A stretch of DNA of 62,222 nt, the filler included. It is 4 parts of 4 records of this genome, joined end to end, with 100 filler letters (N's around TTAATTAATTAA, not from the genome) between each part and the next. Parts side by side here need not be neighbours in the genome. Positions count along the whole stretch, not along the records: positions 22,882 to 49,624 come from SRR31156797_1741; 3 more parts are not named here. The stretch is one strand, 5' to 3'. Positions 30,175 to 40,191 of the stretch are shown one piece after another. Every line of letters begins with the position of its first letter. The first letter of the stretch is position 1. The position numbers were made by a program, and so were the translations under genes. Under the pieces are notes generated by a model. The model made no database searches and had not been told where the DNA came from. It worked only from the letters and a program-made list of their open reading frames with translations.

Positions 30175-32853
30175 ATGGGTATTAGAAAACTCAACAGCAT
30201 ATTCAGGCCAAAACGAATCGCACTCATCGGTGTAGCCGCGGATCCCAATTCAGTTGGTGGATTAACCCTACGAAATTTGGTAGGTGGCGGTTTCCGCGGT
30301 GTGGTATACCCTGTAAACCCAAAGCACGAAGCAGTTTTAGGAATCTCATGTTTTCCAAGCGTTAAAAACCTCCCCAAAACCCCAGATCTCGCCGTAATCA
30401 CCACCAAATCAGAGGCCGTCCCCAAAATTGTAGAAGAATGTGGTGAAGCCGGGATCAAAGGCGTTATCATTATGTCAGCCGGTTTTAAGGAAATAGGTGA
30501 GGAAGGGAAAGAACTGGAAAACAAGGTTAAACACATTGTTAAAAAATACCAGATGCGCGTGATTGGGCCAAACTGCCTGGGAATTATTGTCCCCAATCAG
30601 ATGCTCAACATCAGTTTTGCCAACAACATGCCCAAAAAAGGAAGTGTGGCATTTATCTCACAATCCGGGGCGCTCTGTACTGCTGTACTGGATTGGGCCA
30701 TGGGCGAGAATATTGGGTTTTCTTATTTTGTATCCATCGGAAACACCATGGATGTGGGCTTTGGTGATTTAATTGATTATTTCGGCCAGGATGCCAACAC
30801 CAAATCCATTGTACTGTATGTTGAGTCCATCTCGTTTGCACAGGAATTTGTAACAGCCGCAAGGGCATTTGCCCGTAAAAAACCGATAATCGTTTATAAG
30901 GCCGGCCGTTTCCCTGAGTCGGCGCAAGCAGCAGCCTCACACACCGGAGCCATGGCTTCCGAAGATGCCATTTATGATGCACTGTTCCGCCGTGCAGGTG
31001 TGGCAAGGGTTTACAACATTGGCAACATATTCGATTTTACCGATTTTATTGGCCGCAAAAGAATCCCGAAAGGCCCAAACCTGGCTATCGTAACCAATGC
31101 CGGTGGGCCCGGCGTTATGGCCACAGACAGCCTTATCGTTAATGGGGGCCGTTTGTGCAAACTGGCTGAAGATACCATGGAAAAACTCAATGAAGCCTTA
31201 CCCAACTTTTGGTCGCACAACAACCCGGTAGATGTGCTTGGAGATGCACCACCTCAGCGCGTGGCGAAAGCTACAGAGATTGTAATGAATGATCCTGGAG
31301 TGGATGCTGTTCTGGTGATACTTACTCCCCAGGCCATGACACGCCCTACAGAAACAGCGCGTCAGATTATTAGTCTCACTGAGGGCACTTCAAAACCCTT
31401 AATGGCAACATGGCTGGGTGGCGAGAGTATGCGTGAATCCATGAACCTTTTCAATAAATCAGGCATTGCTGCTTACCACACACCTGAGCAGGCCATCCGT
31501 GCTTTTATGACGCTGGTAGATTATTCCCGGAATATGGAGGCACTTTATGAGACGCCCAAAGAAATTCCGGTTTCGTTTCATTACGACAGACAGACGCAAC
31601 GACAGTATTTTCTGGATAAAGTATTCCCAAAACAAAAAGTACTTTCAGTGGCCGATGCCAAGGGATTGATAAACTCTTACGGTATCGAATCAACAAAACC
31701 ACGCATGGTGCATGAAGTTGAAGATGCAGTGATGGTGGCCCAGGAAATAGGTTATCCGGTTGTATTGAAAATTGATTCTCCGGATGTGGCACATAAGGTG
31801 GAGATCGGGGGTGTGGTACTCAATGTTGAAAATGAAGAAATGCTAAGGGCTGCCTACCACGGTATGCTTGAAAAAGTGAGCCGGAATCGTCCGGGGATCA
31901 ACATCACCGGAACTACTGTTCAAAAGATGATCAACACATTGGACTCTGTTGAACTAATCCTGGGAATTAAAAAAGACCCAATCTTCGGTACGGTAATTTT
32001 AATTGGTATGGGCGGTACAGAGGCGGAACTGATCCAGGATCAGCGTCTCGAATTCCCACCACTCAATGAAAGCCTTGCCAGCCAGATGATCGAATCGCTG
32101 AAAATATATCCTTTATTGAAAGGCTACCGGGGCAGTGCCCCGAAAAATATTGATAAGCTAATTGAAGTAATGATTCGCCTGTCGTACCTGGCAGCTGATT
32201 ATCCTGAAATTGAAGAACTGGATATCAACCCGCTGATGGTAACAGATAAGGAGGTTATTGCTTTGGACGCACAGGTAGTGCTGGATGAAGAAACACTAAA
32301 AAATCCTGTTCAGCAATATTCACATCTTATTCTTCGCCCCTACCCTGAACGATATATCAAGGAAACAACACTCGGTGACGGAACAAAAAGCCTGCTTCGC
32401 CCCATTAAACCCGAAGACGAACCACTCTGGCTCGAAATGCTGGGTAGTTGTTCCAAGGAAGCCATCTATTCCAGGTTCAGGTACAATTTCCATTTCGATT
32501 CGCACGAAATAGCCACCCAGTTTTGTTATATCGATTATGCCCGGGAGTTGGCTATCGTGGCTGAGGTAGAGGAAGAGGGCCGCAGGAAACTGATCGGCGT
32601 GGGCCGCCTCATTGGTGATCCCGACCTTGAAATTGTGGAATACGCTGTACTTATCACCGATGCATGGCAACGCAAAGATTTGGGGAAAATCCTTACTGAA
32701 TATTGTGTTGAAATTGCCAGGCAGAACAACTTCAAGAAAGTATATGCCGAAACCACCAAGGACAATAAAGCGATGATTGCTGTTTTCAGGAAACTCGGAT
32801 TCTCCGTTGAATTTGACGAGGATACCAACGTTTCGGTGTATAAAGATCTGTAA
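30175..32853 (+). CDS. ADP-forming acyl-CoA ligase-like/GNAT fusion (Pat/PatZ-type protein acetyltransferase)
   Basis: GPNCLG, SQSGA, SHTGA, NPVDVLGDA, ATP-grasp (HKVEIGGV, LDINPL), and a C-terminal GNAT (RPIKPED, WQRKDLG). Confidence 0.9.
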   Translation: MGIRKLNSIFRPKRIALIGVAADPNSVGGLTLRNLVGGGFRGVVYPVNPKHEAVLGISCFPSVKNLPKTPDLAVITTKSEAVPKIVEECGEAGIKGVIIMSAGFKEIGEEGKELENKVKHIVKKYQMRVIGPNCLGIIVPNQMLNISFANNMPKKGSVAFISQSGALCTAVLDWAMGENIGFSYFVSIGNTMDVGFGDLIDYFGQDANTKSIVLYVESISFAQEFVTAARAFARKKPIIVYKAGRFPESAQAAASHTGAMASEDAIYDALFRRAGVARVYNIGNIFDFTDFIGRKRIPKGPNLAIVTNAGGPGVMATDSLIVNGGRLCKLAEDTMEKLNEALPNFWSHNNPVDVLGDAPPQRVAKATEIVMNDPGVDAVLVILTPQAMTRPTETARQIISLTEGTSKPLMATWLGGESMRESMNLFNKSGIAAYHTPEQAIRAFMTLVDYSRNMEALYETPKEIPVSFHYDRQTQRQYFLDKVFPKQKVLSVADAKGLINSYGIESTKPRMVHEVEDAVMVAQEIGYPVVLKIDSPDVAHKVEIGGVVLNVENEEMLRAAYHGMLEKVSRNRPGINITGTTVQKMINTLDSVELILGIKKDPIFGTVILIGMGGTEAELIQDQRLEFPPLNESLASQMIESLKIYPLLKGYRGSAPKNIDKLIEVMIRLSYLAADYPEIEELDINPLMVTDKEVIALDAQVVLDEETLKNPVQQYSHLILRPYPERYIKETTLGDGTKSLLRPIKPEDEPLWLEMLGSCSKEAIYSRFRYNFHFDSHEIATQFCYIDYARELAIVAEVEEEGRRKLIGVGRLIGDPDLEIVEYAVLITDAWQRKDLGKILTEYCVEIARQNNFKKVYAETTKDNKAMIAVFRKLGFSVEFDEDTNVSVYKDL

Positions 32854-32958
32854 AACAAGGTATCTGGACAACAAACCCTCCATAGTTTCTTACCAGCCTA
32901 TAAACTTTGTTGACAGGTAAAATTCCTACCCGGCCAAAGTAAGGTATTGGTTATCTTA

Positions 32959-33215
32959 GGGCCTGCTGAAAAACATCAAATTGCTTGGGTTACAGTTTTT
33001 TCAATCACTATTTCCAGGTTTAAACTGCATGGATTATCCGTATCACATTGAAAAAATCATACACTTTGAAATGGATTCTCTTTTGACATTGCAAAGCAAT
33101 AATTTGATTAGCCTGCTGAACACCATCTTTTTCGTTGGCTTCAGCTTGAAGTATGCCAATACAACTGCACTATGCCGCCTCAAATATGGTATCCATCAGA
33201 CTTTTTCAGCAGACG
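32959..33215. mobile_element. MITE-like non-autonomous IS relic
   Basis: Terminal inverted repeat CTGCTGAAAAA (32963-32973) / TTTTTCAGCAG (33202-33212), flanked by ATCTTA direct repeats (32953-32958, 33216-33221); no transposase. Confidence 0.45.
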
Positions 33216-33426
33216 ATCTTATTTCTTTTAAACAATAAATTAGGAAATGGGAAATGATCCCGCCCAACAGCACTGGCACTTTCCCAGCTCTTTAAAAAAA
33301 TCTTAATGAGTCGATCTTTCAGATTGTAATTCTTTAAGACGCTTGTATTTCTGCACGAACAAAACAAAATTATAAAACGATGCTTGCATCATGCATCTAA
33401 ATACTAATTTTGCAGCCTCTAAAACC

Positions 33427-34278
33427 ATGCTGACCTTGCCAACATTTCAAAACATAGATTCATTTATGGTCGACCGTGTTGACAATGAATTTGACATGCT
33501 TAACCAAGACTCGATCAGCATCCGGGATTCAAATCCATCTGGAAAGACTCAAATGCATGTATCACGGTTTTTCACTTCAAAAAGAGACGACTCCGTCAGC
33601 TATAATCCAGAACCGCTTCCGCAGCCACAAAACGAATGGCAGATCGTTGCACTTTCATTCTCGTTCCTGATTATTGCATTTGTAAGGGTAGGTGCCAAAC
33701 ACTTTTTCAGGAACTTGTACTCAGGGCTGATTTCACGGCCTATTTTCAAGCAATTGCTACGCGACGGCGAACTCATCCCTCAAATAGGCAAATTCCCTCT
33801 ACTTGTTTCTTTCCTTCTCATTATTACCATCTTCATCTTTCAGGTTGACAGCCGTTTCCCTTTTGTCATTTTTAACAAATCAAACAGCATCATTTTTAAT
33901 GGATTGATTGTTTTTACACTACTTGGTATTTATGAAATTTCGAGATTCCTGATCATGCAGGTTCTGGGATTCATTTTTAAAATTAAATGGATTGTAAGGG
34001 AGTTTATTACCAATAATATTTTTTTTAATACCCTTTCAACACTTTTGGTGATGCCTTTGTTAGTAGTATCAATTTATGCCCGAACAGACATCATCATTAT
34101 TGTTGGAGCAGCTTTGTTAGTTATCCTCTTTATAATCAGGATGATCAGGGCAATTTTAATATCTTCGGAATTAAGTTCATTTTCAGGATATCAAATTTTT
34201 TTATACCTTTGTGCCCTCGAAATTTTGCCTGTTTTTGTGATAATTAAACTTTTAACAGGCTACATTTCAGAGATTTAG
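33427..34278 (+). CDS. DUF4271-like multi-pass membrane protein
   Basis: TM-rich with C-terminal IFLYLCALEILP; upstream of hemD. Start placed after the TAATTTTG promoter at 33405. Confidence 0.8.
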   Translation: MLTLPTFQNIDSFMVDRVDNEFDMLNQDSISIRDSNPSGKTQMHVSRFFTSKRDDSVSYNPEPLPQPQNEWQIVALSFSFLIIAFVRVGAKHFFRNLYSGLISRPIFKQLLRDGELIPQIGKFPLLVSFLLIITIFIFQVDSRFPFVIFNKSNSIIFNGLIVFTLLGIYEISRFLIMQVLGFIFKIKWIVREFITNNIFFNTLSTLLVMPLLVVSIYARTDIIIIVGAALLVILFIIRMIRAILISSELSSFSGYQIFLYLCALEILPVFVIIKLLTGYISEI

Positions 34279-34322
34279 CGGGATTAGTAAAATAAAAAGA
34301 ATTCAGCAAAACACTAAAGTTA

Positions 34323-35090
34323 ATGGTAAAGAATATACTCATTTCTCAGCCAAAACCCTCCGACCCGGTAAAGAACCCCTACAGCGAACTCGCGGAAAAG
34401 TACAGCTTAAACATTGATTTCCACAAATTTATAAAAGTGGAAGGCGTACCCGGCAGGGAGTTTCGTAAAGACAGGGTAAACATCCTGGACCATTCAGCGG
34501 TGATTTTTACCAGTAGAAATGCCGTTGACCATTTTTTCAGAATTTGTAAAGAAATGCGTGTGGAAGTACCTGATACCATGAAGTATTTCAGCATTTCGGA
34601 ATCAACCTCATATTATCTGCAAAAATACGTGCAGTTCAGGAAACGCAAAGTCTTCCATGGCCATCAAAATTTTAAAGATCTGCTGGAAATCATCAAAAAG
34701 CACAAGGATGAAAAATACCTCCTTCCCTGCTCTGATATTCACAAGCAGTCGTTAACAAAGTTGCTTGAGGATAACAAAATCAAATTCACCAAAGCAGTAA
34801 TCTACCGAACCCTCGCCAGCGATTTAAGCCATCTGAAGATCAACAATTACGACATGATCGTGTTCTTCAGCCCTTCAGGGGTGAAGTCGCTCATGAAAAA
34901 TTTCCCGGAGTACGACCAGGGAGACACAAAAATTGGTGTGTTTGGACCAACAACCGCCAAGGCTGTTAAAGATGCAGGCTTAAATCTGGACCTAAATGTG
35001 CCAACAAAAACTGCTCCTTCGATGACGATGGCTTTGAACCAGTTTATTGAAAAACTGCACAAAAAAAACGGGCAGAAGGTAGGAACCTGA
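34323..35090 (+). CDS. hemD: Uroporphyrinogen-III synthase
   Basis: ILISQPKP, IFTSRNAVDHFF and VFFSPSGV. Confidence 0.85.
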   Translation: MVKNILISQPKPSDPVKNPYSELAEKYSLNIDFHKFIKVEGVPGREFRKDRVNILDHSAVIFTSRNAVDHFFRICKEMRVEVPDTMKYFSISESTSYYLQKYVQFRKRKVFHGHQNFKDLLEIIKKHKDEKYLLPCSDIHKQSLTKLLEDNKIKFTKAVIYRTLASDLSHLKINNYDMIVFFSPSGVKSLMKNFPEYDQGDTKIGVFGPTTAKAVKDAGLNLDLNVPTKTAPSMTMALNQFIEKLHKKNGQKVGT

Positions 35091-35162
35091 TTTGATCGGT
35101 AATTCCGGTTTACCTTATTTTAGAACTGCGTTGCGCATGAAATCTATAAAACAACACATGGA

Positions 35163-35600
35163 ATGCAACCACGGTTCACGTTAAAAAAAACAGAACGTCT
35201 GCATAACAGAAGTTTAATCAGACAATTGTTTGCATTTAACCAGTCCTTTTTTATATACCCTTTCAAAGTAATTTACATTGAATCGGATAACAGCAGTCCG
35301 CATTTCAGCAGCAGGTATCCGGCACAGGTTCTTTTTACCGTGTCAAAAAAAAGATTTAAGTCAGCTGTGGATCGCAACAGGTTGAAACGACTCATGCGTG
35401 AAGGCTACCGAAAAAATAAACACGACCTTTACGATGCCCTTAACGAAAAAGGAAAATACCTTTCAATTGGGTTTATTTACACGGACAAGCTTGAAATACC
35501 CTATCAGGAAATCGAAAAAAAAATAAAGGCTGCAATATTGCGTTTAATTCAGGAATTGGATCACAGGAAAGGAAAAAATACCGACCATATTAAACCATAA
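35163..35600 (+). CDS. rnpA: Ribonuclease P protein component
   Basis: FTLKKTERL and SKKRFKSAVDRNRLKRLMRE (RNR motif). Confidence 0.92.
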   Translation: MQPRFTLKKTERLHNRSLIRQLFAFNQSFFIYPFKVIYIESDNSSPHFSSRYPAQVLFTVSKKRFKSAVDRNRLKRLMREGYRKNKHDLYDALNEKGKYLSIGFIYTDKLEIPYQEIEKKIKAAILRLIQELDHRKGKNTDHIKP

Positions 35601-35610
35601 AAATTTAATC

Positions 35611-37290
35611 ATGAAAGTTTTCACTAAATACCTTACCATCTTAATAGTCAGTTTTTTGATTGTTCCAGGTATTCATGGACAAAACAAAAACAACGACTTT
35701 GAGGTATCTAAAAATCTCGACATTTTCTCCGAACTCTACAAACAACTCGATATCAATTATGTGGATGATGTAAGCCCCGGCGAATTGATGAAAACGGGCA
35801 TTGATGCCATGTTAGAGTCACTGGACCCATTTACCAATTACATCCCCGAATCGCAGATTGAGGATTATAAAATGCTCACAACAGGCCAGTATGGTGGCAT
35901 TGGTGCACTTATTCACCAACGAAAAGACCATGTGATCATTTCAGAACCCTACGAAGGATTTCCTGCGCATAAAGCCGGCCTGATTCCGGGCGATAAAATC
36001 CTGGAAGTGGATGGCAAAGCTGCCACCGATAAAAACTCAGAAGAAGTGAGCCAGGTTTTAAAAGGTGAACCTGGAACCTCATTAACGCTGCTTGTGAAGC
36101 GCGATGGCATTGATGAGCCCTTTGAAGTTGAACTGAAACGTGAAAAAATAAAAATCGACAATATCCCTTATTATGGCATGCTGGACGATGAGGTTGGATA
36201 CATCAAACTTTCGGGCTTTACACAGGAAGCGGGAAAAGAGGTAAAAGATGCATTCCTGGATTTAAAGGCAAATAATGATCTGAAGGGATTGGTGTTTGAC
36301 CTTCGTGGTAATGGCGGCGGATTACTGCGCGAGGCAGTGAATATCGTAAACATTTTTACGGATAAGGGTGAACTGGTGGTAAGTACAAAAGGCAAGGAGA
36401 TATCGAGAAACAAATCATATTACACCACCACACAACCTGAAGATACCGAGATACCTATTGTTGTACTGGTGGATGTTGGTTCGGCATCAGCATCGGAGAT
36501 CGTTTCAGGAGCAATCCAGGATCTTGACCGTGGTGTAATTTTAGGACAACGTACTTATGGCAAAGGGCTCGTCCAGAATGTTTTACCGCTTAGCTACAAC
36601 TCAAAAGTAAAAGTTACGGTTGCCAAATATTACATCCCCAGCGGACGCTGTATCCAGGCGATCGACTATTCACACAAAGACGAAGAGGGCGTAGCCCATA
36701 GGGTACCGGATTCATTGATTTCGGAATTTGCCACAAAAAATGGAAGAAAAGTTTTTGATGGTGGTGGTATTGAACCTGACGTATTTTTTGAACCTGAAAC
36801 GCTTAGTCCCATTTCTATGTCACTGCTCACCGATTATGTAATATTTGATTATGCCAACAAATTTGCGCGTGAGCATGATTCGATTCAAGATCCTAAATCA
36901 TTCGAAATCACAGATGATATTTATAATGATTTTATCGCTTATGTTGACGGGCTTGAAGATTTTAGCTACACGACAAAAAGTGAGAAAACACTGGAAAAAT
37001 TAAGAAAAGCTGCCGAAACTGAGGAGTACCTTGAGTCGATAACAACTGAAATTGAGGCGCTTGAAGCAAAACTCAATCACAATAAGGAGGAAGATTTACA
37101 AACACACCGGGATGAGATCTCGGAAATGCTAAAACTTGAAATCGCTGCCCGCTACTACTTCCAGAAGGGCCGCGTTATAGCCAATCTGCAAAGCGATCCG
37201 GAGGTTAAAAAAGCCATCGAAATCATCGACGACCAGAAAAATTACACTGGAATTCTGGATGGAACCATTACCAAAGCCTCACTTGATTAG
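35611..37290 (+). CDS. S41 family carboxyl-terminal processing protease
   Basis: Signal peptide, PDZ domain, DLRGNGGG, SASASE and TYGKG. Confidence 0.93.
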   Translation: MKVFTKYLTILIVSFLIVPGIHGQNKNNDFEVSKNLDIFSELYKQLDINYVDDVSPGELMKTGIDAMLESLDPFTNYIPESQIEDYKMLTTGQYGGIGALIHQRKDHVIISEPYEGFPAHKAGLIPGDKILEVDGKAATDKNSEEVSQVLKGEPGTSLTLLVKRDGIDEPFEVELKREKIKIDNIPYYGMLDDEVGYIKLSGFTQEAGKEVKDAFLDLKANNDLKGLVFDLRGNGGGLLREAVNIVNIFTDKGELVVSTKGKEISRNKSYYTTTQPEDTEIPIVVLVDVGSASASEIVSGAIQDLDRGVILGQRTYGKGLVQNVLPLSYNSKVKVTVAKYYIPSGRCIQAIDYSHKDEEGVAHRVPDSLISEFATKNGRKVFDGGGIEPDVFFEPETLSPISMSLLTDYVIFDYANKFAREHDSIQDPKSFEITDDIYNDFIAYVDGLEDFSYTTKSEKTLEKLRKAAETEEYLESITTEIEALEAKLNHNKEEDLQTHRDEISEMLKLEIAARYYFQKGRVIANLQSDPEVKKAIEIIDDQKNYTGILDGTITKASLD

Positions 37291-37314
37291 ACCATCGAAA
37301 ACACAGAAAAAAAT

Positions 37315-37349
37315 AAGCCGGGAGTAATTTTCATATTCCGGCTTTTTTT
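37315..37349 (+). terminator. Rho-independent terminator
   Basis: AAGCCGG...CCGGCTT stem followed by a T run, after the S41 gene. Confidence 0.7.
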
Positions 37350-37399
37350 ATACCATGCGGCTTTCGGAGATTTTTGTAATTTCGCTTAAAGTTTCCATT

Positions 37400-37888
37400 A
37401 TGAAAGAACTGAAGATATCCTGCACATTTCAGTCGGTTGATTCGGAAAATGAACTTTCAACACCAGACCGCGAACTGCTTTCTGAATCAAGAAAAGCGGC
37501 AGCAAATGCATATGCGCCCTACTCCAATTTTAAAGTTGGTGCGGCTTTGAGGCTGGCAAACGGAAAAATCATTCACGGCAATAACCAGGAAAATGTGGCC
37601 TATCCCTCAGGATTGTGCGCCGAACGCGTGGCATTATTTTATGCTTCGGCAACCTATCCTGACGAATGGATTGAAGCCATTGCTGTAACCGCCGAACCGG
37701 TGAACTTTCAACTTACCGAACCCGTTACACCTTGCGGGTCATGTCGCCAGGTAATGGCCGAATCAGAGAAAAAACAAAACAATGACATTCGTGTTATCAT
37801 GGATGGACCTGATGGTAAAGTATGGATCACTGAAAATGTGAGAAGTCTTTTGCCATTAATGTTTAGGGCAGATGAACTCAAAAAATGA
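37400..37888 (+). CDS. cdd: Cytidine deaminase
   Basis: AYAPYSNFKVGAA, LCAER and PCGSCRQ; start moved to ATG 37400. Confidence 0.92.
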   Translation: MKELKISCTFQSVDSENELSTPDRELLSESRKAAANAYAPYSNFKVGAALRLANGKIIHGNNQENVAYPSGLCAERVALFYASATYPDEWIEAIAVTAEPVNFQLTEPVTPCGSCRQVMAESEKKQNNDIRVIMDGPDGKVWITENVRSLLPLMFRADELKK

Positions 37889-37954
37889 TTTTACTTCCAG
37901 GGTCTACCGATTAATAATTCATAAGTTCATACATTACAGACACCAAACCGGATC

Positions 37955-38353
37955 ATGCGCCTCATCTCCACCAAAATTTGTAAAACCAGCGACATTGGCA
38001 TCAACAACAACCTTTTTGGGGGCAGGATGCTTTCGTGGCTTGACGAATCGGCAGGCACCATGGCAGCCGAAGAGGTTTGCTCACAACATGTGGTTACTTT
38101 AAAGATGGACCAGGTGCTCTTTAAAAAGCCTGTAAAGGTTAACGATCACATCCGCATTTATGGCAAAGTTGTTCAGGTTGGCAAATCTTCAATTGAATTG
38201 TTCCTCGAAGCACGCCGTTTTAACTTTGACAGCCGTAAGGAAGATCCTGTTTGTTCCACAAAAATGACATTTGTTAATGTGGACAGCACAGGTAAACCCA
38301 GTAAAATTAAAAAAGAAATCATCCAGAAACTGAACACATCAATCATTAAATAA
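37955..38353 (+). CDS. Hotdog-fold acyl-CoA thioesterase
   Basis: NLFGGRMLSWLDE and FKKPVKV. Confidence 0.88.
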   Translation: MRLISTKICKTSDIGINNNLFGGRMLSWLDESAGTMAAEEVCSQHVVTLKMDQVLFKKPVKVNDHIRIYGKVVQVGKSSIELFLEARRFNFDSRKEDPVCSTKMTFVNVDSTGKPSKIKKEIIQKLNTSIIK

Positions 38354-38364
38354 ATTTGATCAAC

Positions 38365-39240
38365 ATGAGAAAATTCCACCTATTGCTTGTAATCGGCCTT
38401 GCTATCGCGGCAATGGCAATGCGTTCTGACCTCCCGGCATATAGCCTATTCGACCAAAAAGGTAAACAGGTAAAATATAAGAAGCTTTTGAAAGATGCTT
38501 TGGAAGCAGATGTGGTACTTTTCGGTGAGCTACACAACAATCCCATCAGCCACTGGATGCAGTTGGAACTAACACGAGATCTCTACCAGGAAAAGGGCGA
38601 AAGCCTTGTACTTGGAGCTGAAATGTTTGAGTCGGACAACCAAATGCTCCTTGATGAATATCTGGAGGGAATCATCAGGCAACGAAATTTTGAAGATGAA
38701 GCCAAACTCTGGGATAATTATGATACCGATTATAAACCACTTGTTGAATTTGCAAAAACCAACAACCTGAAGTTTGTAGCAAGCAATATTCCAAGGCGTT
38801 ACGCATCGTTGGTTCATAAAAAAGGATTTGAAGGACTCGACTCACTCAATGCTACGGCCAAGTTTTTAATACCTCCATTACCTGTGGATTATGATCCCGA
38901 ACTACCAGGATACAAAGGTATGATGGAAATGATGGGAGGTATGGGCTCAGGACATGCGAATCCTAACCTGCCAAAAGCACAGGCCATAAAAGATGCTACA
39001 ATGGCCCATTTCATCCTTGAGAATTTTGAACCCGGAAAACTTTTGATCCATTACAACGGGGCCTATCACTCCAATAATTATGAAGGCATTTACTGGTATC
39101 TGAAAAATCAGAATCCTGATCTAAACATCCTAACAATCACCACCGTAGAGCAGGCCGATGTTGATGATCTTTCTGAAGAAAATACCGGCGTTGCCGATTA
39201 TACAATTTGTGTTCCTTCAGGTATGACAAAAACCTATTAA
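38365..39240 (+). CDS. ChaN/EreA-like exported protein (iron-regulated protein family)
   Basis: Signal peptide, VLFGELHN, GAEMFE, ASNIPR, QAIKDATMA and NGAYHS. Confidence 0.8.
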   Translation: MRKFHLLLVIGLAIAAMAMRSDLPAYSLFDQKGKQVKYKKLLKDALEADVVLFGELHNNPISHWMQLELTRDLYQEKGESLVLGAEMFESDNQMLLDEYLEGIIRQRNFEDEAKLWDNYDTDYKPLVEFAKTNNLKFVASNIPRRYASLVHKKGFEGLDSLNATAKFLIPPLPVDYDPELPGYKGMMEMMGGMGSGHANPNLPKAQAIKDATMAHFILENFEPGKLLIHYNGAYHSNNYEGIYWYLKNQNPDLNILTITTVEQADVDDLSEENTGVADYTICVPSGMTKTY

Positions 39241-39278
39241 ACTGAATTAACCTACTCAATAATTTCAAATTCACACCA

Positions 39279-39677
39279 TCAGGCAGCAAAGGTGAAGAGC
39301 AGGTTAGCGAAGAAATTCCATAACATTACTACGATTATGGCAAATACTTTCGACAGGTAGAAGTTGAATTTGAGTTTTGTAACAATCAGCCATAAAATCA
39401 AAGTATTGATCGCCAAACCAATGACCGATACGATGATGAATTGAGAAAATTCAACGGCTATCGCCGGGTTCACACTTTGGAAAGTCCAAATGCGGTTCAG
39501 AAAATAATTGGAGGTAGCGGCAAACGAAAATCCAATTGCATTGGCAATATATTTTTGAATCCCGAGCTTTTCCTTTGAAATCCAGGTAAGGCCAAAATCA
39601 ACAAACAGGCCGGAGAAGCCAACAATGCCGAATTTAATGAACTTATAAAAAACCTCTTCCTGGAAAATATCTGTCAT
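39279..39677 (-). CDS. GtrA family membrane protein
   Basis: FIKFGIVGFSGLFVD and NYFLNRIWTF; four TMs. Confidence 0.9.
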   Translation of the reverse strand: MTDIFQEEVFYKFIKFGIVGFSGLFVDFGLTWISKEKLGIQKYIANAIGFSFAATSNYFLNRIWTFQSVNPAIAVEFSQFIIVSVIGLAINTLILWLIVTKLKFNFYLSKVFAIIVVMLWNFFANLLFTFAA

Positions 39678-39756
39678 AATGCTGTAAATTCGGAGGCAAA
39701 TTACCGGAAAATTTCAGGATGTAAACGTATTGAGCTACTTGCATTTATTAACAAGA

Positions 39757-40053
39757 TCAGCGTATCCTGTTGAGCATGTCCACAATCTGGGTGGCCTGCA
39801 TAACCCCCGATTGCCGGAAAACAGCTTCACCATTTTTAAAAACCATCAGTGTTGGCACACTCATCACCTGGTATTTTTGGGCTACATCAGGGTTTTTATC
39901 TACATCAATCTTTATTATCCTTACCTTCTCCCCCATTGACCCGGCAACTTCTTTTAAAATAGTACCCATCATTTTACATGGGCCGCACCATTCTGCTGAA
40001 AAGTCGATCAATACAGGCCTGTCACCACTAATTAGTTCGTTAAATGTTGCCAT
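39757..40053 (-). CDS. trxA: Thioredoxin
   Basis: WCGPC active site. Confidence 0.95.
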   Translation of the reverse strand: MATFNELISGDRPVLIDFSAEWCGPCKMMGTILKEVAGSMGEKVRIIKIDVDKNPDVAQKYQVMSVPTLMVFKNGEAVFRQSGVMQATQIVDMLNRIR

Positions 40054-40191
40054 TATCCAGAAGGTTTTACGAAGTTGTTCAACAATGTTACTGCAAAGAT
40101 ATAAGCTTACCAGTGCCTGATTTTATTTTAAATAATTTTATGGTTCTCAGCAGCATGTTAATTGGAATTTAAATTATATCAGACTACCATT

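Noticed and set aside
32981..33238. 85-aa ORF in the intergenic region
   Set aside because: TTG start, no recognisable motif, and it lies within the MITE-like relic.
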